This document shows, one piece after another, positions 10,710 through 21,004 of a stretch of DNA of 64,000 nucleotides (within the stretch, counting starts at the first letter, position 1; every line of letters starts with the position of its first letter). Origin of the DNA: an uncultured Nitrososphaeraceae archaeon. Its GTDB lineage: Archaea; Thermoproteota; Nitrososphaeria; Nitrososphaerales; Nitrososphaeraceae. The stretch spans positions 32,001 to 96,000 of the forward strand of contig CAWGVG010000029.1 of the NCBI GenBank assembly GCA_963825865.1, written 5' to 3'. Under the pieces are notes generated by a model that had not been told where the DNA came from, made no database searches, and was given only the letters and a program-made list of their open reading frames with translations. The position numbers and the translations under genes are program-made.

Positions 10710-12110
10710 ATGTCAAATTCACAGGTTGCTTCTGCTAAAACAATTATAGAAGGCCAACCACTCGTGGTAAGGATTAACGGCACGCTACCAGATATTTCTA
10801 CACTAGGCAGTGAGGAAAAGTCAGAAAGAGCAGCAGAGATAAAACGGCAAGGTACAAGTACAAACACTTCTTGCTCACTATTTGCCAAGATTGAAACAGA
10901 CCAGGAAATTTTTCATATGCTTGTTGATATAGGTCAAGGCATAGTCAAGAGTATCGGGAAAGGTGCCTCTGACCTTGGGTTTAAGTCATCATCATCATTT
11001 ATTCCCAATGCTCTATTAATAACCCATTCACATGACGATCATATTAAAGAACTACCTGTGTTGGTTAACAAAGTTAATGAGGAAGATGAGTCGAGTAGGA
11101 AGAATTTGAAGATATTCTGTACCGTGGAATGCCAAGATCAAATCATCAAAAAGTTCCCACAACTATCTGAAAAAACAAGTAATAATAGTAATAGGATATC
11201 GTTTAATATAATACAGCCAGACGAAACTTTTAAAGTAGGTCCATTTTCAGTAATGCCAATTTCAGCAGATCATGGCGATAATTCTCCGCCTGGTTCTGTC
11301 ATCTACATAGTGAAATTGCTAGATAGAAAAAAAATAATAATTGGCTGGGATTTTCTTTCATTACCTAATGCAAATCCAAATTTGTTCTGGAAGCCAGATC
11401 TACTTATCTTAGGTACCCAAAGTTACAACCCCCACCCCAAGACAGGAATGATCTCTGTATCTGATGCATATGATTTAGTAAGAAGATGGAATGCAAAGGA
11501 ATGCTACATCGTACACTATAGGGGCTTGCTTGACTTTGAAGAGGCATCAAATCAATGGTTTAGAGGTCCCGTAAAGGCTATGACAACTGACGAACTTCAA
11601 AGTGTGATCGACTCACATCTTCAAGTCACAGGAGACAATGGCAAATTTAGAATAACAGTGGCCAAAGAAGGAATGGTTTGGACTGGAAAAGAAGAACAGA
11701 TAGGCTATGATGAAAGCGCCCTTGTAGGTAAGGTACTTGAAATTGAAAGCCTTCAGAAATATATTCTGAAGATTGAAAATGTGGATAGAGATCATAAACT
11801 GAAACTTATGGTGGAAGATACGGTTAACAGGTTTAATTTCGAATTTGTTAGACCTAGTAAAGATGAAAATAGTGATGATATTCTATCTGCTCAAGGAGAG
11901 AAGGGCATGATGGCTAAGGGCCCACAGTTAAGGATGGAAATAGTTCCATCAAAGTCGCAAGATGAATCTTCTATTATCAGAATAAGGGTATCTCGAGGAG
12001 CGAAGAAGGATGTATTCAAAGACGATATATATGTAAGCAATAATGATGCACAAAGGCTGAGGAGATTCATCAAAGAAAACTTTGCTCCCATCGTTTCCAC
12101 AGTAAAATAA
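10710..12110 (+). CDS. Metallo-beta-lactamase-fold hydrolase (PhnP-like) with C-terminal extension
   Basis: LVDIG, ITHSHDDH, ADHG, GWD, VHY motifs. Confidence 0.82.
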   Translation: MSNSQVASAKTIIEGQPLVVRINGTLPDISTLGSEEKSERAAEIKRQGTSTNTSCSLFAKIETDQEIFHMLVDIGQGIVKSIGKGASDLGFKSSSSFIPNALLITHSHDDHIKELPVLVNKVNEEDESSRKNLKIFCTVECQDQIIKKFPQLSEKTSNNSNRISFNIIQPDETFKVGPFSVMPISADHGDNSPPGSVIYIVKLLDRKKIIIGWDFLSLPNANPNLFWKPDLLILGTQSYNPHPKTGMISVSDAYDLVRRWNAKECYIVHYRGLLDFEEASNQWFRGPVKAMTTDELQSVIDSHLQVTGDNGKFRITVAKEGMVWTGKEEQIGYDESALVGKVLEIESLQKYILKIENVDRDHKLKLMVEDTVNRFNFEFVRPSKDENSDDILSAQGEKGMMAKGPQLRMEIVPSKSQDESSIIRIRVSRGAKKDVFKDDIYVSNNDAQRLRRFIKENFAPIVSTVK

Positions 12111-12164
12111 AGCTCGGATTTTCTATTTCTTTCTCCCTATCTCCCATTAGTTAAATCCTGCCAT

Positions 12165-12262
12165 ATCGCCTCTATACAAGTGGTCAGGACATGAGCAATT
12201 CCAGCCTAGTTCCTTCGCATTGACATTGCAGGAACTATTACCAGATTGTGAATTTACTGTCT
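12165..12262 (-). pseudogene. SWIM zinc-finger fragment from an IS6-like transposase N-terminus
   Basis: Manual translation TVNSQSGNSSCNVNAKELGWNCSCPDHLYRG (W-x-C-x-CPD SWIM motif). Confidence 0.6.
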
Positions 12263-12684
12263 AGGACTACATTATGAATAAGTTAATTGTATGTTTGCTT
12301 TAGAGGATCCTAATCTATGAAAAGAATCTAAAATGAGATAACCTCTGTAAGAGCATAGAAAGAATGCTTTTTTTTCCTTTTTCTGTTGTTAAGTCGTCCC
12401 ACATATCTTGTATCTAATTGAAAAATTTCATCTAATCATATAGGTATATAGCAATATAATAGTTGGTTGTTTGGCTGTATTCCATGAGTTTGACAATACT
12501 GTCAGTTTTCAAGCTTTACTATATACTGAGAATATATCGTTCTCTAACAACTTTTATAATGTATACACTGATATTGATTGATTAACAAAAATCGTCCCCT
12601 TAACATTTAGATGTACTAGATTCTATTAATACTTCTATTACTTAGCATTATATTACAACCAAAAGATTAATCGCACCAATTCAG

Positions 12685-13071
12685 TTAGGTTATAGGAATA
12701 TTGCTTGATTTTGGAATTGGAATTATTAATGTTACAACACCATCTTCATACTTTGCTGTTCCAACTACTTTTTCGTCATTATTAATCGAAATCGGTAATA
12801 CCACTTTCTTGTCTAATCTGGTAGGTCTATGTCTATAATACACAGTACCAAGATTTTCCTCAAGTTCTTTTTTTGCAGTAATTGACAATATGTTTTCGAT
12901 TATTCTAAGGTTTATATCCTTCTTTGCGAAACCCGGTAAGTCAATCATAATGATCAAATCATTTCCATTTTCTACCATATCAATGGCCGGCATTACAAAT
13001 TCATAGAATTCTCTTGATCTATTACCTAATTCCTTCATAACCTCTTTTGCCATGTATTGTCCTAGACCCAT
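12685..13071 (-). CDS. Small heat-shock protein (Hsp20/Hsp14-like)
   Basis: PAIDMVENGNDLIIMIDLPGF...AKYEDGVVTLIIP alpha-crystallin domain. Confidence 0.92.
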   Translation of the reverse strand: MGLGQYMAKEVMKELGNRSREFYEFVMPAIDMVENGNDLIIMIDLPGFAKKDINLRIIENILSITAKKELEENLGTVYYRHRPTRLDKKVVLPISINNDEKVVGTAKYEDGVVTLIIPIPKSSNIPIT

Positions 13072-13561
13072 GTGTATTAACTTCCCTTATTGATATAAAT
13101 CCTTTCTTTTAAAATTCATAATGCTTTATATATATTCATAGCCTATAACGCTTGAAATAGATTCAAAAGATACCCTATAGCCTACTAAATATAATATGAT
13201 AATATGTCACCAGATACAAAATGTGCTTGTATATGCGTTCTGATATCATGACTTGCATGACTTGTTTTCTTCTCTGTAACGATCTGCATCTCGCTGTTCA
13301 AACGTTTATACAAAACTTCTGTTTGATTCGTAAATGTGCTTGTTTACAGCGTCCTAGAAAATACCATTAGGATCTTTGTCAATATCTTGGATATTATTTT
13401 CAGCATTAGATGAAATAGATAATCCAAAAGATTTTACTCTGCTATAGAAGCTTAATTTCCCTTAATTCCAACACAGTAAAGAATAATCAAACTCGGCTGG
13501 CACAGCCGCGATGCTATTGATACTGTTTCTATACTCTAGTTCATATTGTATTTTTGAAACA

Positions 13562-14651
13562 CTAATCAAGCACGATTAGATCTTTTGTGAACATATTGAG
13601 GTTCTTTACTTTTCCCCCATTAATACTAGTATTTACTATAATGCTGTCTTCAATTCTTACTCCAAACTTATCTTTTAAGTATATTCCAGGTTCGATTGTT
13701 ACTGCCATATTTGTTTTCAATATTTCTTGATTTTTCATGTGCAACCATGGCGGTTCATGGACGTCAAGACCAATTCCATGTCCTGTTGAATGAATAAAGT
13801 ATTTAGCATAGCCTTCCTTGTCAATTACATATCTGCAGGCGTCGTCTACCTGCTCACATGTGACTCCATCCTTTGCTGCGTTTAGACCTGCCTGCTGAGA
13901 TTGTTTAATGATGCTATACACTTTTTTCATCTCAGACGTTGCTGAAACTAGAGCAAAAGTTCTTGTTGCGTCAGCTATATAGCCAGCATATCTTAAGGTC
14001 AGGTCGACGACAATCATATCACCTTTTATGAATTTGCGGTCAGAAACTTCTGCATGTGGTAGAGCACCATTTGGACCTCCTGCAATAATCAATGGATTCA
14101 ATGTCGATATATAAGATGGCGGATTTGCACCCATTTTCATGGCTTCAAAAATTAATTTTGCCTGCAAATCGCGTTCTGACAATCCAACCTTGATCTCTTC
14201 GGTGCAAATTTGGTACAGAGTGTCTATAATTCCGGCTGTTTTCGAAATTGTTTTGATTTCTTGTTCATCTTTAATTCTTCTGGTCTCAAAGAATGGTTCA
14301 TTATTAACAGCAAATGATTTCTCACAAGTTTTATTTCGAATAGCTTCGATGGTAGAATAATCGCTACAATCTGTGCATATTATTTTTCCATTAACTTCAG
14401 AAATAAAAGTAGAAATCAAATCGCTACCTCTTTCTGTTGAAACGATCTCGCAGTCTTTGGACGACCGTTGAGCTCTGTCGACTTCTAACTTAGGTGCAAT
14501 TAGTTTAGTTTCATCATCAGTACAAATGACCACTGCTTCTCCCCAGAAGTCTGTAAGGTAGAAAACATTTTCAGGTTGAAAAGCGAGCTACTGCATTATA
14601 TCCAACTTTACTGGCGTGTTGCAAAAGAGTCGACCGTCGTTCTTTCCTCAT
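13562..14651 (-). CDS. pepQ: Xaa-Pro aminopeptidase/prolidase (M24B), 5' frameshift
   Basis: VDLT..Y.GYIADATRT, HSTGHGIGLDVHEPP, TIEPGIY, GVRIED; the true start MRKERR at 14651 is in another frame. Confidence 0.9.
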
Positions 14652-14747
14652 TATTTAGAATAGCATGTATAATCCAGTTTATCATCTTTGCTGAATGTTT
14701 AAAGTAATTATATAAATATCGGTGGATGCCCGTGTAATTGAAATAAC

Positions 14748-15893
14748 ATGGAATATTTGGTTATGCTACCCGGTCCTACAAACGTATCCAATAGAGTTAT
14801 GAATGCAATGCTTTCGCCCATAATTAATCACAGAAGTGATGATTTTCGTGTATTGTATAAGGCTATTGTCGAAAAGACACAAAAAGTCTTCAATACAAAG
14901 AATGATGTCATTCTACTGACAAGTTCTGGAACTGGAGTAGTAGAAGCATCTGTCGTTAACCTGATTAGAAAAGGTGACAAGGTGGTTATCCCTGTTAACG
15001 GTGAATTCGGTACTCGGCTTGCAGATTTAATTGATAGCTGGGGAGGTCAGGCGATCAGAATCAACGCTCCATTTGGAGAAAATCCTCCATTTGAAAAGAT
15101 CGAGGAAGCCTTTGACCGAAATAAAGATGTTAAGGCCATATATGCAGTTTACAATGAAACGTCCACTGGTACTACACTTCGCTATATGGACAAGATAGGC
15201 GAACTATGGAGCAGAAAGGATGCATTCTTTATTGCAGATGCAGTTTCAATTCTAGGTGGTGACGAATTACCAGTTGATAAATGGAATGTCGATATCTGTG
15301 TAACTGCTTCACAAAAGGCGCTGGCTGCGCCACCAGGGGTCTCTCCAATGTCAATTAGTCCACGAACAAAGAAACATATGCAGTCTAATCCACCCCCAAC
15401 CCAGTATTTTAATCTAAAGCGATATTTCAAGTATTATGAAGAACATGTTGAAATGCCATTCACGCCAGCACTTCCTCTCTTCTATGCATTCAATGAAGCG
15501 CTTGATATGGTTCTAGAAGAAGGAATGGATAAAAGAATCAAACGTCACAGGATATGTGCGGAAGCTTTCTACGCAGGTCTGAATGCAATGGGGTTAACGC
15601 CATTTGCCAAGCCAAATGCACGAAGCAACGTGGTAATAGCAGTTAACTATTTGCCGGGAATGGAGGACAAGAAATTCAGAGGATTGCTCTCAGAAGAATT
15701 CCGGGTTCTTATTGCGGGTGGATTTGGTGACCTGAAGGGTAAGGTATTCAGAGTTGGATCTATGGGAGAAGTCAGCAAGTATCATGTAATGAGAACGCTG
15801 TCATCTATTGCATCTACGATGAATATGCTCGGGTTAAAATCAAATCCAGAAGCAATGTCTATTGCGCTAGAAAAGATAAAAGCTCTATCGTGA
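14748..15893 (+). CDS. Class V PLP aminotransferase (serine-pyruvate/alanine-glyoxylate type)
   Basis: MLPGPT, NETSTG, ADAVS, TASQKAL (PLP Lys), FRVGSMG. Confidence 0.93.
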   Translation: MEYLVMLPGPTNVSNRVMNAMLSPIINHRSDDFRVLYKAIVEKTQKVFNTKNDVILLTSSGTGVVEASVVNLIRKGDKVVIPVNGEFGTRLADLIDSWGGQAIRINAPFGENPPFEKIEEAFDRNKDVKAIYAVYNETSTGTTLRYMDKIGELWSRKDAFFIADAVSILGGDELPVDKWNVDICVTASQKALAAPPGVSPMSISPRTKKHMQSNPPPTQYFNLKRYFKYYEEHVEMPFTPALPLFYAFNEALDMVLEEGMDKRIKRHRICAEAFYAGLNAMGLTPFAKPNARSNVVIAVNYLPGMEDKKFRGLLSEEFRVLIAGGFGDLKGKVFRVGSMGEVSKYHVMRTLSSIASTMNMLGLKSNPEAMSIALEKIKALS

Positions 15894-16426
15894 TCTTGTT
15901 ACATACGAGTATTGCAGGAAATATGATGTAACCCGAAGATATGTTATCTGTCATTAGCGTCACGGAAATGGTATTATTAATCGATTAAACTCGTCCCATA
16001 AAAATGGCTATTCTTTTTTCTTTATCTCCCAATTTCAATGTTTCACAAGCAATTATCAGAAAATCAGGTAACTGGTGAGACTCTTTCAATCCAAACTCCT
16101 CAAAAGAAATCTAAAACCTGGAATCTGCAAGATTTGAATAACGAATGTTAATTACAGAAAACTTTTATCGAATACTAATAAGCGTGGAAAGGGTATATGA
16201 CTATATCTGTGTGCAAACAGGATACGTAGTAGGGTAAGACTTACGAAATATTCTTACTAGTACATGGAGAAACCTCGTAGGGTAGGTGAGAGTCATCTTG
16301 CCTAGTCTACATGGTGATATATTATTAGTAAACGTGTTATTGATGCAGATATATACGACCTTTTTCAATCACCGTGTTCTACTTTATTAGCTGCTGTGCA
16401 GTTTTCATCAAACAGGTCTTTAACAT

Positions 16427-16705
16427 ATGGGTAGAACTATTCCTTCATTTCGAATAGCCAGAATGATGGAAGAAAACGAATGGAAAGTGTTTCACAAAAG
16501 TTTGAATAAATCAGACAGAAAGGTGTTCGACAACATGTTTGATATCGCTCATTTGTATAATTCAGCTTGCTCTTATATTGCTAATCCTATAAGGATAAAT
16601 CCAATTTTTATATCTATTATCTTTCATCACTACGAACAACTTACAATGATTGCTAAACAAATAGAAGCAAACACACAAAAAGACCCATCGTCTGAGCCTT
16701 TTTAA
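16427..16705 (+). CDS. arCOG07300-like small protein (usually PolB2-associated)
   Basis: MGRTIPSFRIA...EWK.F...L.KSDRKVFD.MF signature, recognised from memory. Confidence 0.7.
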   Translation: MGRTIPSFRIARMMEENEWKVFHKSLNKSDRKVFDNMFDIAHLYNSACSYIANPIRINPIFISIIFHHYEQLTMIAKQIEANTQKDPSSEPF

Positions 16706-17239
16706 TTATTATAGTCTCTCTACATTTGCACAATAAGGTGTACCTTCCCATATAATACAGACTTTCCTTTTCATAAGTAGAACGCTGGAACTGCAATAAA
16801 GAATTATGATGAGGCCTTCTTCACTCTACTTGAAATTTATATGTAGTATCTGCGAAATGAGGATTAGGCATAAGGAATAACAAGAGTGGCAGTATTCAGC
16901 TATTCAAGAACCCCATCAAGTGTGTATAGGCATACATCATAGCTCTAAAGAAGCATCTATTCTTTCAATTTTATCAATGTTGTAGTATTCCTGTCTTTCT
17001 ATCCAAGTTGTAAAGCTAAGGGAGAGATACCCTTAATTGCCAAAGCAATGAACAACAAGCTACTATAGAACAAGAACAAACAATGAACGGCAATAATAGT
17101 ACAGCCTCCGCGACAGGATCAATCTCACAATCTGCAAGTAATTCGGTCCAATAAACCACTTAGCTTCGGTGGCTTGAATTTTTTTATCTGTATCTATGAA
17201 TATTATATTATTCGTGCCTGCAGAGAAAAGTAAGAAACA

Positions 17240-17580
17240 AACACAATATAATACTATAATAATTTAAAACATTCTGCTATCGAAAACCTTTTAGCTATGT
17301 GCGTAGTACATTCTACTAGTATGGCTAGTAGTACCATTGCTGCTACGACGGATATGACTGTAAAACTAGGGATTACTTTACAAATCAATAATGCTGAAGA
17401 TCGACCAAAAGCGTGGCGATATCCCTAGGAGTAGGTATATTCGGAGAGCAATTGAAAGATACCTTGGCAATAGTAGTAAAACATAGACAGTATTGATTAC
17501 AAAGCGACAGAAAACGAACGACATTGAGAATAGTATTATGCCATTTGTAAGTACTATTGGTTTTGTCGGTGCAGTAGTAA
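17240..17580 (+). repeat. Copy 1 of RHH-FUN14 module (degraded)
   Basis: Aligns with 19527..19850 over promoter, RHH gene (MTVKLGITL..KIDQKRGDIPRSRYIRRAIERYL, frameshifted) and FUN14 5' end. Confidence 0.85.
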
Positions 17581-17665
17581 CAGACAGAGTATAAAAAATG
17601 AATGAAATTGACTTGCTAATTTTATTAATCAGCAAGTATGAATTGTCTACTGAGTGAATCGATAA

Positions 17666-18079
17666 TTGCCAACAATAGTTCATTTTGAAATACCTGCAGA
17701 CGATGTTGAAAGGGCAAAGAAATTTTATAATGATCTCTTTAGATGGAAAATAGAAAAGTGGCCTGGATCTACTGATGATAGTCAGCTAACCTCTGCAGCA
17801 ACAGGTCAGCCAATGGAATATTGGATGATAACAACTACAGATGATAAAGGAAACAAAGCATTAGGGGGAGGAATGATGAAAAGACAAATACCAGAGCATC
17901 AGGTAACTAATTATATCAATGTAAATTCAGTAGACGAATACTCATCTAAAGTGGAGATGCTAGGAGGTAAAGTAGTTGCTTCTAAACATGCAGTACCAGG
18001 AATGGGTTACTTTGCACTTTGTCTTGATACAGAAAACAATAGTTTCGCTATATGGGAGTCCAATGAGAACGCTAAGTGA
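17666..18079 (+). CDS. VOC/glyoxalase family protein
   Basis: IVHFEIPADDVERAKKFY...GGGMM...VPGMGYFALCLDTENNSFAIWE. Confidence 0.92.
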   Translation: MPTIVHFEIPADDVERAKKFYNDLFRWKIEKWPGSTDDSQLTSAATGQPMEYWMITTTDDKGNKALGGGMMKRQIPEHQVTNYINVNSVDEYSSKVEMLGGKVVASKHAVPGMGYFALCLDTENNSFAIWESNENAK

Positions 18080-18799
18080 ATACTTATTCACACAGAGGAG
18101 CGATCCCCTCAGTCTGCAGATATCTTCAATAAACTCAATGTAAGAAAGGATGAGGTTCCTACAACGCCATTGATTTAAGGAAAATTAGAATAATACATAT
18201 ATGTTACTCATAACTGGTAACATAATAGTATTGTTGTGAATCCAAACACTTTTTAATGTTTGTAAATATATAACCGATATTTGAAATTATTATTTATTTA
18301 AGAGTTATTGATAACATTATTAAAAAAATATTTACCATACGTGGATAACTATAGTTAGAATCATAGGTTTTATAAAATATAAAATGGCAATTATTATAGT
18401 AGAAAAAGAGAGGGGAATAGAGTTGTTGAGTTGTTCATATAGTTCGATTATCCCCTCTCCTTTCTTTGACCTTGTAAACAAGACTGTATTTTTATAATAC
18501 AAAGATAATTGAAAAATATTGAATGTGGGATTTAAAACTGGTTGCATAGCCATCATAAAGACAAAAAGCCATTCCTGTACATAGACAGACACTAAATACC
18601 ATTTGGATAACGTTTTTAGTTATATATATATTTTATATGATAGACTGATATTTTATAATGATTTTTTTTGAACATAAGATATCTTTTATAATTTAAAAAA
18701 ATAAAAATGTGTTAGGAGTTTAATTTGTCTCTTAATATAGTACCAATAGCCTAATCATCCCTTGTTGAATCATAGACATTTGTGTCTACAATCTATGAA

Positions 18800-19141
18800 C
18801 ACAACTGTTGAATTCGGACTGACTGGACACTTATCTACTGGCCCTTAACTGAGACCTGGGCGTCATCACCGCTGGCTGGCCCTTCACTGCCCTCACTTGT
18901 ACATGATCCAACTGGAGAACGGAATACTCTATCTGCCCCTCCAAATGTGTTGTCTGTGCTACCTAGAGTAGGACGAGGTACATATCACGTTTTGGGCTTC
19001 TTGTTCTAGCGTGTTATCGCGTCCACTCACTTTACCATTTTGTGTGGTTGCCTGGGTGGTAACTGTATTACCGTTATACTTTCCATTAGCATGTTTTTCT
19101 TTCTTGTAACTATGTTGTTCGCCTTTCATGTACTTGTTCAT
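18800..19141 (-). pseudogene. Small secreted-type low-complexity protein, signal peptide missing and frameshifted
   Basis: MNKY..GNTVTTQATTQNGKVSGRDNTLEQEAQNVICT; shares a ~145-bp upstream region with 20033..20287. Confidence 0.5.
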
Positions 19142-19607
19142 TTAGATTTCGTCATCAAGCATTACGATGTCATCTATATATTTGACTTCAAGAAATTAAT
19201 TCTGACTTATTTAATATGATTTAATGCGGACTTATTTTGTATAACTAATCAGAATATCAAACGAGGTACGGTTATTCCCTTAACTATTATTAGTCTATTA
19301 AGGTGATCTCTTATTACTATATAATAGAGTTCAAAGAATATAATTCGAGAAAATATTATTTTATTTAATCATACAATTCAAATCGGAAATTATACCTTTT
19401 TAATAAGTGGAATCTCATTTATTGTGATTTTAAGATTAATCATTGCAGTTAAAAGGATTTTATACAGTGAAGGACATCTGCCAAGAATGCATTTCATACA
19501 AACTACTTATAGATACAATAACTAATTACACAATATAATACTATAATAATTTAATACATTCTGCTATCGAAAGCCTTTTAGCTATGTATGTAGTACATTA
19601 TACTAGT

Positions 19608-19781
19608 ATGACGAGTAGTACTATTGTTGCTTCTACGGTGGATATGACTGTAAAACTTGGAATCACTCTGCCTAAATCAACTATACAGAAAATCGACAAT
19701 AAGCGTGGTGATATACCGAGGAACCGATTCATCAGGAGAGCAATTGAAAGCTACCTTGATAAAGGAATGAGTAAAAAATGA
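19608..19781 (+). CDS. Ribbon-helix-helix (CopG-like) protein
   Basis: MTVKLGITLPKSTIQKIDNKRGDIPRNRFIRRAIESYL: beta-strand plus two helices. Confidence 0.8.
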   Translation: MTSSTIVASTVDMTVKLGITLPKSTIQKIDNKRGDIPRNRFIRRAIESYLDKGMSKK

Positions 19782-19930
19782 TTGTAGAAACCGCAAATAG
19801 CTTTGTGCCATTTGTAAGTACTATTGATTTTGGTGGGATAGCAGGTTTCTTGGTTGGTTTTGCTTTAAAACGGATAATGAAAATACTAGCTGTAATAGCA
19901 GGAGTGTTTTTTTGCTTATCCTGTTGGTGA
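19778..19930 (+). pseudogene. FUN14-family membrane protein, truncated
   Basis: FVSTIDFGGIAGFLVGFALKRIMKILAVIAGVFF; overlaps the RHH stop (ATGA). Confidence 0.7.
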
Positions 19931-20032
19931 TTGATTAGTATTTGATGATAACTTTCCAATTGTCTAGATGGCGCTGGGCCATATTATTATTACCATCACC
20001 ATTTCAATTGTCTTTTTTCTTAATCTTTGTTA

Positions 20033-20287
20033 TCAGCTAGTCTGGCATGGCTGATCGTTTACACATGATGTAGACATATGGATTCTATTGTGATTTTCGT
20101 TTGGTGAATCAGTCGTATTTGAATTCGACACTGTAGTCTGGCATGGCTGATCGTTTACACATGATGTAGAGCTACTCTCTGACTCAGTTTCAGCTCGCGT
20201 TGTTGTTACTGCGAATGTTGTTACTCCTACTACTAATGTTGCTGCCATAAGGTAGCGAGCTATTGCTAAAGTTCTTGTATTGTTCAT
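20033..20287 (-). CDS. Small secreted peptide with a duplicated STSCVNDQPCQT motif
   Basis: Signal-like N-terminus; exact 37-bp repeat at 20038-20074 and 20134-20170. Confidence 0.7.
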   Translation of the reverse strand: MNNTRTLAIARYLMAATLVVGVTTFAVTTTRAETESESSSTSCVNDQPCQTTVSNSNTTDSPNENHNRIHMSTSCVNDQPCQTS

Positions 20288-20649
20288 TTAGATTTTGTCA
20301 TAAGCATTACAATATCATCTATATATTTGACTTGGGTAAGTTAATGCTGATTTATCTAATATGATTTACTGCTGACTTATTTCGTATAAGTATTGGATAT
20401 ATCAAACGAGGTGAAGTTATTGATTTGACTATTGAAGATATGATTCGTTATAAGTAATGTGATAGTAAATATAAAGTAGAAAATAGTCTAGTCCTGTAAA
20501 GGGAGTGCTAAAAAAGTTGAGGCTTTTCCATCAATTCTCTTTTTTTAGTAATATATTTTCATAACTGTGTATTAAAAAATAATAGAGGGCTGGTAGGTTA
20601 TTGTCTTCATATTTGCCTATTTCTTATAGTACATGTCTGGTGTTTGTTA

Positions 20650-20900
20650 GTGTTGTTGGCACACTTATCCTGGCGGTGGCGGTGATGCCTGTTGTATGTT
20701 TGTAATAATACAGGTCTTGTGCTCGCCTGGCAGCTATGGTGCCAGTTGGACAATTACCTGAGAAAGAAGTTAAGAAATCAGGTCGTGGTACTGTTACTTC
20801 ATTTATCGAGCATGTGCTTGGACCCAATGTAACAAGAGTACCACTTTCACTTCCCTGGAATACAGCAGGGGGTGATGACAATTGGCCTATTAAAAGGTTA
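20650..20900 (-). pseudogene. Fragment of a prealbumin-like/Ig-type surface-protein repeat
   Basis: SPPAVFQGSESGTLVTLGP...SFSGNC..GTIAA, then (shifted frame) GEHKTCIITN. Confidence 0.55.
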
Positions 20901-21004
20901 AAGGGAAACTTACTGTGACTTCAAAATGAAATTATATGTAATTCAATATATCAATTCATAATAATCAAGAAAAAACAAAGCCCAAATTAGAACTACTCTT
21001 ATAG

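Noticed and set aside
13150-13560. Gene between pepQ and hsp14
   Set aside because: Multiple stops in all frames examined; no recognisable family.
20038-20170. 37-bp exact repeat pair as a mini-CRISPR
   Set aside because: Only two units, a 59-bp gap, and in-frame within a signal-peptide ORF.
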